The notes: generated by a model from the letters alone, not told the origin. Positions 45,624 through 54,833 are shown, counted from the stretch's first letter. The stretch is 64,000 nt of DNA from Clostridiales bacterium (GCA_015055905.1 SVHI01000001.1:5364-69363); one strand, 5' to 3'. Numbers and translations: made by a program.

Positions 45624-45664
45624 AAAACAAAAAGCCCAATCAAACAAAAGTTTGGTTGGGCTTT
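45624..45664 (-). terminator. Intrinsic terminator inside the glnN 5' leader (attenuator)
   Basis: Minus-strand RNA AAAGCCCAACCAAAC-uuuu-GUUUGAUUGGGCUUU (one C.A mismatch) followed by UUUGUUUU, ending about 10 nt before the RBS. No upstream minus-strand gene exists for it to terminate. Confidence 0.7.
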
Positions 45665-45701
45665 AAAATTCTTATTAGAAATTTCGAACAACAAAAACAA
45701 T

Positions 45702-45718
45702 TGTAAGATTACTTTACA
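45702..45718. promoter_or_regulatory. GlnR/TnrA-type box upstream of glnN
   Basis: TGTAAGATTACTTTACA fits the B. subtilis consensus TGTNA-N7-TNACA exactly. Confidence 0.6.
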
Positions 45719-45858
45719 ATAAACTACGCATATTTTGTTGTTGGATATTTAATTTCTTCATATTTAAATTATTGCACATTTGATTTTGTTTGTCAATAAT
45801 AAGTTTTGATAAAATTTCTATCATATTATATTCGCTAAAAATTCAAATGTTCAAATAA

Positions 45859-45887
45859 TTGAGGTTTGAAAAATTTTATGATATAAT
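45859..45887 (+). promoter_or_regulatory. greA promoter
   Basis: TTGAGG - 17 nt - TATAAT. Confidence 0.6.
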
Positions 45888-45913
45888 ACGACTGCAAATA
45901 GTAGAGGTAGATT

Positions 45914-46417
45914 ATGTATAACGAGTTAACAGCGGTTGATATAAAGAAAATGAAAGACGAAATTGCATACCGTGCAACCGAACTTAGACCAAAACTTTCT
46001 GACGATGTCAAAGAGGCAAGGTCGCTTGGTGACCTTTCGGAAAACGCCGAGTATAGAAGTGCAAGGCGTGCGTTTGGCAGAAATGAAAGCAGAATAAGAT
46101 TCCTTCAAAAAATGATTAGAACAGCAAAGGTGATTTCAACCGAGTCTGCTCCAGATGAGGTTGGATTGTTTGATAGGGTTGAGGTGTTTTATGAAGACAC
46201 CGGTGAGACTGAAGAAATTAGGCTTTCAACCACAACGAGACTTGATTTAAACAATAGCGTTTATAGTAAAGAATCTCCATTTGGAAAGGCTATTTTAGGT
46301 CACAAGGTTGGCGATAAAGTTTTGGTTAAAATAACCGAAGACAATTTCTATTATGTTACAATCAAAAAAATAACCAAAGGCGAAGATGATGATTCAATTC
46401 CGCTCAATGGTTACTAA
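45914..46417 (+). CDS. greA: Transcription elongation factor GreA
   Basis: 167 aa; GDLSENAEYRSAR coiled-coil tip and C-terminal domain SKESPFGKAILGHKVGD. Confidence 0.93.
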   Translation: MYNELTAVDIKKMKDEIAYRATELRPKLSDDVKEARSLGDLSENAEYRSARRAFGRNESRIRFLQKMIRTAKVISTESAPDEVGLFDRVEVFYEDTGETEEIRLSTTTRLDLNNSVYSKESPFGKAILGHKVGDKVLVKITEDNFYYVTIKKITKGEDDDSIPLNGY

Positions 46418-46429
46418 AAAGAGGTGTTT

Positions 46430-47119
46430 ATGAGACTATTGTTATGTTCAGATTTTTCTGGCGTAGGATATAGATATTTGAAGAACTTTGGCGAAGATTT
46501 AAACGGGAAAACCTGTCTTTTTATTGGTTATGCTCAAGAGGACGAGTTTGAAGAAGAGAGCAGTGCGGCTCTTGCGCTAAAAGGTCTTGGCTTGAATGTT
46601 GAGTTTATTAAAAAAGGCTATAAATTTGACAAAAAAATAGATGTGATTTTTGCTCGTGGCGGAAACACCACAAGGCTCTTGCATTATCTTCACGAGTATA
46701 ATCAATATCAAAAAATCAAAGAATTGATTGAGCAAGGTGTAATTTATATTGGCAACAGTGCTGGTTCAATTATTGTTGGAACTGACACCGAATGGACGCT
46801 AGAGGCTGAGCCTTATGAAGTTGACATAATCAAAAAATTTGGAAAAGATGCACTTTTGGGTTACGGCTTTATCGATAAACTAATCTTTGTTCACTGCACA
46901 AAGTATAGAATGGCTAGAGGCTATGAAATGGAAATGTTTGGTGGCGAGATTTTTAGAACTCTCGACACAGACTGTTATCCTGCATATCTTAGTGACTTGA
47001 AAAAATACAAAAAAGACGATTTTATAAGAATAGGAAACAATCAAGTGTATTTTGTTGATGGCGACACAAGAAAAACAATCACCTATGATTGGCGACATAT
47101 TCCAGTTAGAATTTTATAA
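46430..47119 (+). CDS. Peptidase S51 (dipeptidase E-like)
   Basis: 229 aa from ATG 46430; GGNTTRLL and IGNSAGSII motifs. Confidence 0.78.
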   Translation: MRLLLCSDFSGVGYRYLKNFGEDLNGKTCLFIGYAQEDEFEEESSAALALKGLGLNVEFIKKGYKFDKKIDVIFARGGNTTRLLHYLHEYNQYQKIKELIEQGVIYIGNSAGSIIVGTDTEWTLEAEPYEVDIIKKFGKDALLGYGFIDKLIFVHCTKYRMARGYEMEMFGGEIFRTLDTDCYPAYLSDLKKYKKDDFIRIGNNQVYFVDGDTRKTITYDWRHIPVRIL

Positions 47120-47137
47120 AAACAAAGGACAATAAAT

Positions 47138-47770
47138 ATGAAAAAAATTTTAAAAAAAGTTGCTGTGGAAACTTTATGTGAAACTGAGACATACAAAGTT
47201 TTAAAAGAATTAGAAAAAGAAATTAAATCTTGGTATAAGTTTTTCAAGTATGCTTCACTAATAGTGACAACAGGGTATTTTATTTATGCTTTATGTGTTG
47301 GTGTTGGAAATATTATTGTGAATAGTATTCTTGCAGTTATGTTTGCAGGTTATACGATTTTTGATTTTGCAACTCAAAATAAAAAAGAATATAGAAACAT
47401 AAAAAAATCCGTAAAAAGAAGTTATAAGTGGTCAAAATTAGCACTTAATGCTGTCACTATAATATCAATGATTTATGGCATTTATGCGGCTTCGACATTA
47501 GTTTCTCCCTTAACAATTATAATTGCAACATTAATGGTTGTTTCTTGGTTTGTTCAGGTAATATTTGAGGCATTGAAAATAGTTGTTGAATATAAAATTG
47601 AAAGAATAAAAGAATGTTTTATAAATGATTGGAATAATAAAAAAATGTTTTTAGGCAGTATGGCAAAAGATTTTGCAGTTGATGTAATAAAAGAAAGTGC
47701 AGATGCAGTTGTAGATGTTATTCAAAAACCTGTAAAGTTTGTAGGTGAAAAGTTAGGGAAAAAGAAATAA
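47138..47770 (+). CDS. Hypothetical membrane protein (about 4 TM)
   Basis: 210 aa; hydrophobic helices between K-rich loops; no recognised family. Confidence 0.6.
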   Translation: MKKILKKVAVETLCETETYKVLKELEKEIKSWYKFFKYASLIVTTGYFIYALCVGVGNIIVNSILAVMFAGYTIFDFATQNKKEYRNIKKSVKRSYKWSKLALNAVTIISMIYGIYAASTLVSPLTIIIATLMVVSWFVQVIFEALKIVVEYKIERIKECFINDWNNKKMFLGSMAKDFAVDVIKESADAVVDVIQKPVKFVGEKLGKKK

Positions 47771-47781
47771 TTTATTAATAA

Positions 47782-47812
47782 AAACCCCACGGATTTCCGT
47801 GGGGTTTGTTTT
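47782..47812. terminator. Bidirectional terminator
   Basis: AAACCCCACGGA-tt-TCCGTGGGGTTT plus GTTTT. Confidence 0.85.
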
Positions 47813-47813
47813 A

Positions 47814-49244
47814 TTACATTTCTTCATAAAGGTCGAGATATTTTTGAGCGCACTCAGCAACATCGAACTTTTGATGCATTCCTGTAACGATATAGTTTTT
47901 CATCTTCTCTTTGTTTTCATAGTCGTGAAGAGTTCTGTCAATGAGGTCGCAAAGTGAAGTTGTGTCATAGTTTTTGAGAATATATCCGTTTCCATTTGTA
48001 TATTTAAAGTCGGAAACATTGTCTTTAATTCCGCCAGTATAATAAACAATTGGAAGTGAACCATATTTGTTTGCAATGAGTGGGCAAAGACCACAAGGCT
48101 CAACGCTTGAAATGTTAAACAAGAAGTCGCTTGCTGCATAGAGTTTTTTTGCAAGGTGTCCGTCATATCCAAACGAGAACTTAACTTTGCCAGGATATTT
48201 TTCGTTTAAGAGTCTTGCATATTCATCATATTCGCCAGAAACTCTGCCAATTGCGGCAAATTGAATTCCTTTTTCAATATAACCTTCAAGCACTTTTGAC
48301 AAAATATCCCAACCCTTGTGCCCAGCCATAAAGCCAATAAAGCAATAGAGTGGGGTGTCTGGGTTAACTTCAAGCCCAAGTTCTTCTTGAACTTTGAGTT
48401 TGTTTTGAACTCTTTTCTCCAAACAAGTTTCGTCAAACATTTGATAAATGGTTGGGTCGGTTGCTGGATTATAGAATTCATAATCAATTCCGTTTGTGAT
48501 GCCTGAGAGTTTGTGTTTGCATTGCTGCAAAACATTTTGAAGACCATAGCCCTTGTCGCTATTTAAAATCTCGTCCATATAGCCTTCGCTAACGGTTACG
48601 ATTTCATCAGTGCACAAAAGACTTGCTTTTGTGATGTTTGCTTGACCATAGAAGTCGAATAAATATGCAAACTTGTCATCAATACCCAAAAGGTCCTTAA
48701 CAATACCAAAGTGTGTTTTGCCTTGATAAATGAGGTTGTGAATATTGAAAACGGTTTTCATTTTTTCATATTTAGGGTTTTGCCATTCTAAAGTTTTAAG
48801 GAATGTGCAAACCATACTAGATTGCCAGTCGTTTGTGTGAATGATGTCTGGGAAGAAACTAACGATAGGGAACATATCAAGAACCGCTTTGCTGAAGAAA
48901 ATGAATCTTTCAACATCGTCGTCATATCCAAACATTTTTTCTCTATCAAAATATCTTTTGTTGTCAATGAAATAATAGGTTATGTTGTCTTTTTTGAACT
49001 CATAGATTCCACAATATTCTCTTCTCCAAGAAAGTTCAACAGTTCTTTCTCCTGCGAGTTTGAACTTTGACTTATATTCTTCAGGAATAAGTGTGTAATA
49101 TGGCAAAACAACACGAACGTCGTGATTTTCGTTTTTGCTGATGTATTTCGAGAGTGCGTAGCACATATCCGAAACACCGCCGTTTGCACAGAATGGCAAA
49201 CATTCAGCACTAACAAATAATATATTTAAGTGATTATCGCTCAT
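47814..49244 (-). CDS. glgA: Glycogen synthase
   Basis: 476 aa; N-terminal ILFVSAECLPFCANGGVSD, a variant of the KxGGL motif; GT5 architecture. Confidence 0.9.
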   Translation of the reverse strand: MSDNHLNILFVSAECLPFCANGGVSDMCYALSKYISKNENHDVRVVLPYYTLIPEEYKSKFKLAGERTVELSWRREYCGIYEFKKDNITYYFIDNKRYFDREKMFGYDDDVERFIFFSKAVLDMFPIVSFFPDIIHTNDWQSSMVCTFLKTLEWQNPKYEKMKTVFNIHNLIYQGKTHFGIVKDLLGIDDKFAYLFDFYGQANITKASLLCTDEIVTVSEGYMDEILNSDKGYGLQNVLQQCKHKLSGITNGIDYEFYNPATDPTIYQMFDETCLEKRVQNKLKVQEELGLEVNPDTPLYCFIGFMAGHKGWDILSKVLEGYIEKGIQFAAIGRVSGEYDEYARLLNEKYPGKVKFSFGYDGHLAKKLYAASDFLFNISSVEPCGLCPLIANKYGSLPIVYYTGGIKDNVSDFKYTNGNGYILKNYDTTSLCDLIDRTLHDYENKEKMKNYIVTGMHQKFDVAECAQKYLDLYEEM

Positions 49245-49252
49245 AATTCCTC

Positions 49253-51142
49253 TTAGTCTTTTTGAATTTTTCTTAAAATAATAGCAGAGTTTGGTGGAAG
49301 TGTAACGCGGATTGCGTTGGTTCTTCCATTTTTGTTCATAATTGATGAATACATAGTTTCATTATGCTCGCCGCCACCGCCAAAAGCCTCGTCGTCAGAA
49401 GACAAAACTTCTTCGTATGCGCCAGACTCGTCAACACCAAGAACATAATCAGGGATTCTGTATGGTGAGAAGTTGCAAATACAAATAAGCGAACTTCCTG
49501 AGTGTGAATAGCGTTGGAAAGCGTTTACGCAGTTGAAGTTGTCATCACGCACAAGCCAAACATAAGCGTTTTTGTCAAAGTCTCTTTCCCACATTTCAGG
49601 TGAGGCAAGATAAAGTTTGTTGAGCGCTGTGATGAATTTTGAAAGTTTCTTGTTTTTCTCAGCTTTTAAAAGCAAGAAGTTGATTGGCTTGTTATATGTC
49701 CATTCAGCAATTTGACCGAACTCAGAACCCATAAATGTGAGTTTCTTTCCTGGGTGCATAAACATATAAACAAAGAATGCTCTGCACATATCCATTTTGG
49801 TGTTAAAGTCGCCATTCATTTTGTTGAATAGTGAATGTCTGCCGTTTCCAACTTCGTCGTGGTCAACAGGCAAAATATAGTTTTCATCAAAACAATATTC
49901 AATAGAGTGGGTGATGATATCGTGATGATATTTTCTAAAGTGTGGGTCCATTGAGGTGTATTCCCAAATGTCATTCATCCAACCAATGTTCCACTTAAAG
50001 TTATAGCCAAGACCGCCAACGGTTGTTGGTCTTGTAACCATTGGGTAACCTGTAACTTCCTCTGCAACCATAATAGCATTAGGGAATTCGCTGAACACTG
50101 TGTTGTTAAGGTTCTTGATAAACTCAACGCCAGCATAGTTGATGTTTCCGCCGTTCATATTAGGAATCCATTCATCTGGATTTCTGCAGAAGTCAAGGTA
50201 AAGAATAGATGAAACCGCATCAATTCTAAGTCCGTCAAAGTGGAACTTTCTCATAAAGAAGAGTGCACTTGAAATCAAGAATTGAACAACATAAGGGTCT
50301 TCGTAATCAAAAATTCTTGTTCCCCAAGCAAGTTGTCTTTTTCTATCCCACTTTGGGCTTTCGTAAAGGCTTGTTCCGTCAAAATCAATAAGACCAAAGC
50401 TGTCATTGATAAAGTGTCCAGGAACCCAGTCCAAAATTACTGCAATTCCAGCCTCGTGACACTTATCAATAAAATACATAAGGTCTTTTGGTTTTCCAAA
50501 GCGGCTTGTTGCTGCAAAGTAACCAGTGATTTGATATCCAAGCGAAATATCATAAGGTGACTCGGTTATTGGCAAAAGTTCAATGTGGGTGTAGCCCATT
50601 TTTTTGCAATATTGCACCAAAGATGTTGCAAGTTCTCTATATGTGTAATATGAGCCGTCAGCGTGTTTTTTCCAGGTCATTAGACAAACCTCATAAATGT
50701 TCATAGGTGAGTCTAAGTGATTGATTTGATTGAATTTTTCAAGATATTTTTTGTCTGACCAAGAATATCCGTCAATATTATATACATATGACGCGAAATC
50801 ATTATCGTTTCCATAAACTTGGCTATAGAATGCATAAGGGTCAGATTTTGCACATTCAGTTCCGTCACTAGCAACAACGATGTATTTGTATTTATGCAAA
50901 TTCTTTGCACCTTTTACAAAACATTCCCAAACGTTTGAATCAGGAAGTCTTGTGAGGGGGTTTGCTTGTCTGTCCCAGTCATTAAAGTCGCCAACAACAT
51001 AAATTTCTTTTGCGTTTGGGGCATAAACTCTAAAGTATGCACCGCTAACGCCGCCCTTTGTTGCAAGGTGGCAACCCAAAAACTCATAAATACTATAGTC
51101 TTGTCCGTTTTTAATTTTGTTTAATCTCTCGCGTGTATTCAT
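49253..51142 (-). CDS. glgB: 1,4-alpha-glucan branching enzyme
   Basis: 629 aa from ATG 51142 (MNTRERLNK...). GH13 motifs VILDWVPGHF, GLRIDAV and MVAEEVTG. Confidence 0.92.
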   Translation of the reverse strand: MNTRERLNKIKNGQDYSIYEFLGCHLATKGGVSGAYFRVYAPNAKEIYVVGDFNDWDRQANPLTRLPDSNVWECFVKGAKNLHKYKYIVVASDGTECAKSDPYAFYSQVYGNDNDFASYVYNIDGYSWSDKKYLEKFNQINHLDSPMNIYEVCLMTWKKHADGSYYTYRELATSLVQYCKKMGYTHIELLPITESPYDISLGYQITGYFAATSRFGKPKDLMYFIDKCHEAGIAVILDWVPGHFINDSFGLIDFDGTSLYESPKWDRKRQLAWGTRIFDYEDPYVVQFLISSALFFMRKFHFDGLRIDAVSSILYLDFCRNPDEWIPNMNGGNINYAGVEFIKNLNNTVFSEFPNAIMVAEEVTGYPMVTRPTTVGGLGYNFKWNIGWMNDIWEYTSMDPHFRKYHHDIITHSIEYCFDENYILPVDHDEVGNGRHSLFNKMNGDFNTKMDMCRAFFVYMFMHPGKKLTFMGSEFGQIAEWTYNKPINFLLLKAEKNKKLSKFITALNKLYLASPEMWERDFDKNAYVWLVRDDNFNCVNAFQRYSHSGSSLICICNFSPYRIPDYVLGVDESGAYEEVLSSDDEAFGGGGEHNETMYSSIMNKNGRTNAIRVTLPPNSAIILRKIQKD

Positions 51143-51185
51143 AATTATTCCTTGTATAAATATTTTGCATATAAAAACTGGTTTC

Positions 51186-51214
51186 ATTATATCAAACAAA
51201 AGAGTCATTGTCAA
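51186..51214 (-). promoter_or_regulatory. glgBA promoter
   Basis: Minus strand reads TTGACA - 17 nt - TATAAT. Confidence 0.7.
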
Positions 51215-51217
51215 ACC

Positions 51218-51249
51218 GAGACCGACGCAATTTCGGCGAAAGAGACCGA
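51218..51249. repeat. Direct repeat GAGACCGA-N16-GAGACCGA just upstream of the glgB -35 box
   Basis: GAGACCGA at 51218-51225 and at 51242-51249, inside a locally GC-rich island in an otherwise AT-rich spacer. Confidence 0.6.
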
Positions 51250-51315
51250 AAAAATCGGGCTGAACTTTGATAAGAATTTTTTATTGTGTTTTAGCAAACT
51301 AATTTACTCATATAA

Positions 51316-51345
51316 TTGACGCAGTGAGACAAAAAGAATTATAAT
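51316..51345 (+). promoter_or_regulatory. Promoter of the VTT-acyltransferase gene
   Basis: TTGACG - 18 nt - TATAAT. Confidence 0.6.
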
Positions 51346-51374
51346 GTATCTATATTAGACATTTGGGGATAAAT

Positions 51375-53273
51375 ATGACGGCTAGTTCAGGAAAAAAGAA
51401 GAAACTTTTTGCTTTGCTTGGGTTTATTCTAGTTTTTATTGGGTTGATAATTTTCTTATTTTCGGGTGAAAACTTCAATGTTTTAAAAGAAATTTTTAGA
51501 GCGGACGCAACCAAACAAGAAGTTCAAGAATCAATAGGAAAACTTGGAATAAGGGCATATATTGTGGTCTTTATTCTTTCTATGTTGCAAGTTATTTTAA
51601 CATTTGTTCCCGCAGAACCTCTTCACGTTATAGCGGGCATCAGCTTCGGGCTTTGGAAGGGTATGGCTGTGTGTTTGGCGGGCATTGCCGTTGGAAACAC
51701 AATCATTTATATTCTTTATAAGATTTTTGGAACAAAGCTCACTGACTATTTTGCTAGCAATGTTGATTTTGATTTCGAAAGAGCAAAAAAATCAAACAAG
51801 ATTGCACTCATCGTAATTATTTTATATTGCTTGCCAGCAATCCCTTATGGAATCATTTGTTTCTTTGCGGCAACTCTTGGAATGAGTTTCCCAAAATATT
51901 TCTTAATCACCGCAATCGGTTCAATTCCGTCGCTTGTTTTAGACGTTGGTCTTGGGCACATCACAATGTCAACAAGTTGGGCAGTTTCAATCGCCGTGTT
52001 TATTGTGATTATTGTGCTTTTAATTTTGATGTATAGATATAAAGCAAAAATCTTTGAAAAGGTTAATGCTTATGTTAAAAAGAGTCAAGAAAAAGCCAAA
52101 AACAAGGTTGGTCACTATAATCCATTCGTGTTCAATGTTGCAGGCAATTTAATTTATTGGAATATCAAAAGAAAAGTTAAAGTCAAACTTAAAAACAATG
52201 TGGGTAGACTTCAAAAACCTTGCATTGTGCTTTGCAATCACGGTTCGTTCTATGACTTTATTTATTCAGGCAAAATGATAATGAAAGACAAGCCTCACTA
52301 TATTGTTGCAAGGCTCTATTTTCAAAACAAAAAACTTGCTTGGCTAATCGACAGAACAGGGGCTTTTCCAAAAAGTTTACTCTCGACCGATGTCGAAAAC
52401 TCAAAAAATTGTATGAAGGTTATTGCTGGTGGCGAAGTGCTTGCAATGATGCCAGAAGCAAGGCTTTCAACCGTTGGAAAATTTGAGGGGATTCAAGAGG
52501 CAACCTACAAGTTTGTAAAAAAGATGTCGGTGCCTATTTACACAATCAAAATTAACGGAGCATATCTGGCAAACCCAAAGTGGGGCAATGGGCTTAGAAA
52601 AGGTGCAAATGTTGAGGCAGAATTAAATTTGCTTTTGTCTGCTGAAAATGTTGCTGAGATGTCTCCAGAAGAGTTAAAAACAAAAATTGAAACCGCTCTT
52701 GACTACAACGAGTGGGAGTGGCTTGAAAAACACCCTGAAGTTAGGTTTAAACACAAAACCATTGCTGAGGGCTTAGAAAACATTCTCTGCATTTGTCCAA
52801 AGTGTGGAAAGAAGCATTCACTCAAAACAAGCAAAAATCAAATCACTTGTGAGGCTTGTGATTTAAATGTTTCAGTTGACGACAGATATGGTTTGTCTGG
52901 TGTTCAGTTTAAAACCATTGCTGAGTGGTATGATTGGCAAACTAACGAAATTAGAAAAGAAATCAAAAACAACAAAAACTATGCACTCAGTGACAAGGTT
53001 GAATTAAGACACCTTTCTGGTGGCGGAAAGAGACTTACAAATTTTGCTGGAAACGGCACTTGCACTCTTGATAAAAATGGCTTAACATACAAAGGCATAG
53101 ATGGCGGCGAAGAGGTTGAAAAGTTCTTTCCTCAAGAGGTTATTTATCGCTTGCTTTTTGGTGCTGGTGAAAACTTTGAAATCTATGACGGAAAAGAAAT
53201 TTATTATTTTGTTCCAACAGACAAAAGAAGTTGTGTTGAATGGTATATCGTGAGTGGATTATTAAAAGAATAA
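51375..53273 (+). CDS. Fusion protein: TVP38/TMEM64 (VTT, DedA-like) membrane domain + lysophospholipid acyltransferase (PlsC-like) + Zn-ribbon C-terminal region
   Basis: 632 aa from ATG 51375. N-terminal 5-6 TM with FVPAEPLHVIAGISFGLWKG. Middle LPLAT motifs CNHGSFYDF, MPEARLS and VPIYT. Then CPKCGKK...CEACD. Confidence 0.8.
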   Translation: MTASSGKKKKLFALLGFILVFIGLIIFLFSGENFNVLKEIFRADATKQEVQESIGKLGIRAYIVVFILSMLQVILTFVPAEPLHVIAGISFGLWKGMAVCLAGIAVGNTIIYILYKIFGTKLTDYFASNVDFDFERAKKSNKIALIVIILYCLPAIPYGIICFFAATLGMSFPKYFLITAIGSIPSLVLDVGLGHITMSTSWAVSIAVFIVIIVLLILMYRYKAKIFEKVNAYVKKSQEKAKNKVGHYNPFVFNVAGNLIYWNIKRKVKVKLKNNVGRLQKPCIVLCNHGSFYDFIYSGKMIMKDKPHYIVARLYFQNKKLAWLIDRTGAFPKSLLSTDVENSKNCMKVIAGGEVLAMMPEARLSTVGKFEGIQEATYKFVKKMSVPIYTIKINGAYLANPKWGNGLRKGANVEAELNLLLSAENVAEMSPEELKTKIETALDYNEWEWLEKHPEVRFKHKTIAEGLENILCICPKCGKKHSLKTSKNQITCEACDLNVSVDDRYGLSGVQFKTIAEWYDWQTNEIRKEIKNNKNYALSDKVELRHLSGGGKRLTNFAGNGTCTLDKNGLTYKGIDGGEEVEKFFPQEVIYRLLFGAGENFEIYDGKEIYYFVPTDKRSCVEWYIVSGLLKE

Positions 53274-53285
53274 AGTAGGTAGACT

Positions 53286-54728
53286 ATGACTGAAGAAAAA
53301 GAGATGAAAAAAGAAGAAAAATCATTCGCGACAATAAGCGTGAAATCGTTTGTGTCGGTGGTTGTAATTTTGGTAACAATGATAGCCATTTGTGGAGTGT
53401 TGTCATTGTTTGTGCCACAGGGTCATTTTTTGAGGAATGCTGACGGCGAAATCATTGCTGGCACATTTGTTCAAACAGAGGCTCAAGGCTTGTCTTTTTG
53501 GAAGATTATAACTGCGCCAGTAAGAGTGTTTTTTGTAGAGGGTTCACTCACAATAATAATGATTTGTTTATTCTTGCTCATTATGAGTGGTGTGTTCAAT
53601 CTTTTAGATAAAACAAATGGCATCAAAGCCATTATGAACAAAATTGTTAAAAAGTTCGACAAAAAGAAAAGACTCGTTATTTGCATCACAATTCTATTTT
53701 TTATGTTATTTGGAAGTTTGTTTGGTTTGTTTGAAGAACTTGTTACACTCTTGCCATTCATAACACTTTTTATGTTGTCGCTTGGGTTTGACACAATGAC
53801 GGGTCTTGGTGTGTGTATGCTTGCAGCGTGCTTTGGATTTTCAGCCGCAATCACAAACCCATTTTCGGTTGGAATCGCTTCAAGTTTTGCAGGAATTTCA
53901 ACACTTAGCGGTGTCTGGCTTAGAATTATATTTTTCTTTATAACTTATGGTGTTGTTTGCTGGTTTATTTTTAGTCATATTAGAAAAATTACCAAAAATC
54001 CTGAAAAATCTTATACTTATGAAATGGATAAAGAAAAAAGACAAAACCTTGAATTTTCGGGTGAATTAACCGAGAAAGACAACAAAGTCTTCAAAGTTTA
54101 TATGGTGTTCTTTATTGTTCAACTTGTGGCACTCGTTTTGATTGCGTCAATAAGAGCAATTTCAGGCTTTGCTATTCCAATTCTTTCAGTCACATTCTTG
54201 GTTGGTGGAATCATATCAGGCTTACTTGTTTGTGAAGAAAAAAAGAAAGTGTTTGCATATCTTGGAAAGGGTGCGCTTTCAATGCTTCCAGCTGTTGCAT
54301 TAATTGCACTTGCTTCGTCAGTTAACTTGGTTATGACAGAAAGTGGCATAATTGATACATTAATGAACACAGTAATCAACTTCTTAGACGGAAAAAGTGT
54401 GTTTGTTGCTGTTTTGTTTATATACTTATTCATTCTTGTATTACAAATTTTCATTGGCTCAGCATCTGCAAAAATATTCCTCATTATGCCAATACTTCTT
54501 CCAATTTGTCAGGTTATTGGGCTCTCACCAAATCTTCTTATTTTAGTGTATTGTATGGCTGATGGTTTTTCGGATATGATTTTGCCAACAAACCCAGTTT
54601 TGCTTATCGGTCTTTCTATGTCTAACATCTCTTATGGCAAATGGGTAAAATGGACTTGGAAAATTCAGGTTGCAATGCTTGCTGTGTCACTTCTGGTTTT
54701 ATTCTTTGGTGTGCAGATAGGTTTTTAA
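53286..54728 (+). CDS. YfcC/DcuC-like anaerobic carrier family membrane transporter
   Basis: 480 aa polytopic protein. The family call comes from overall topology and length only. Confidence 0.6.
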   Translation: MTEEKEMKKEEKSFATISVKSFVSVVVILVTMIAICGVLSLFVPQGHFLRNADGEIIAGTFVQTEAQGLSFWKIITAPVRVFFVEGSLTIIMICLFLLIMSGVFNLLDKTNGIKAIMNKIVKKFDKKKRLVICITILFFMLFGSLFGLFEELVTLLPFITLFMLSLGFDTMTGLGVCMLAACFGFSAAITNPFSVGIASSFAGISTLSGVWLRIIFFFITYGVVCWFIFSHIRKITKNPEKSYTYEMDKEKRQNLEFSGELTEKDNKVFKVYMVFFIVQLVALVLIASIRAISGFAIPILSVTFLVGGIISGLLVCEEKKKVFAYLGKGALSMLPAVALIALASSVNLVMTESGIIDTLMNTVINFLDGKSVFVAVLFIYLFILVLQIFIGSASAKIFLIMPILLPICQVIGLSPNLLILVYCMADGFSDMILPTNPVLLIGLSMSNISYGKWVKWTWKIQVAMLAVSLLVLFFGVQIGF

Positions 54729-54735
54729 AAGCGTC

Positions 54736-54764
54736 AAATCTAGGGTAACTCCCTAGATTTTTTT
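54736..54764 (+). terminator. Rho-independent terminator
   Basis: AAATCTAGGG-taact-CCCTAGATTT plus a T-run. Confidence 0.85.
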
Positions 54765-54833
54765 GTGTGAAAATGCTGGCAAAAAGATGCTTTTTTCTAT
54801 TCGTTTTGATATAATCAAACAAGAGGTTTAATT

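Noticed and set aside
45606-45647. N-terminal extensions offered by the ORF track (glnN to 45647, glgB to 51214, rpsM from 11340, map from 10058, U32 from 29264, XRE-membrane protein from 31340, 57596, 62438, 24396, 27450, 51363, 46424)
   Set aside because: In each case an internal ATG sits behind a good GGAG-type RBS and begins the conserved protein N-terminus. The extensions overlap upstream genes, promoters or leaders.
45606-45790. glnN leader as glutamine riboswitch, T-box or ANTAR target
   Set aside because: I found none of these: the glnA-RNA conserved core, a T-box sequence, or two hexaloop hairpins with A1/G4. It is kept only as an unclassified attenuator.
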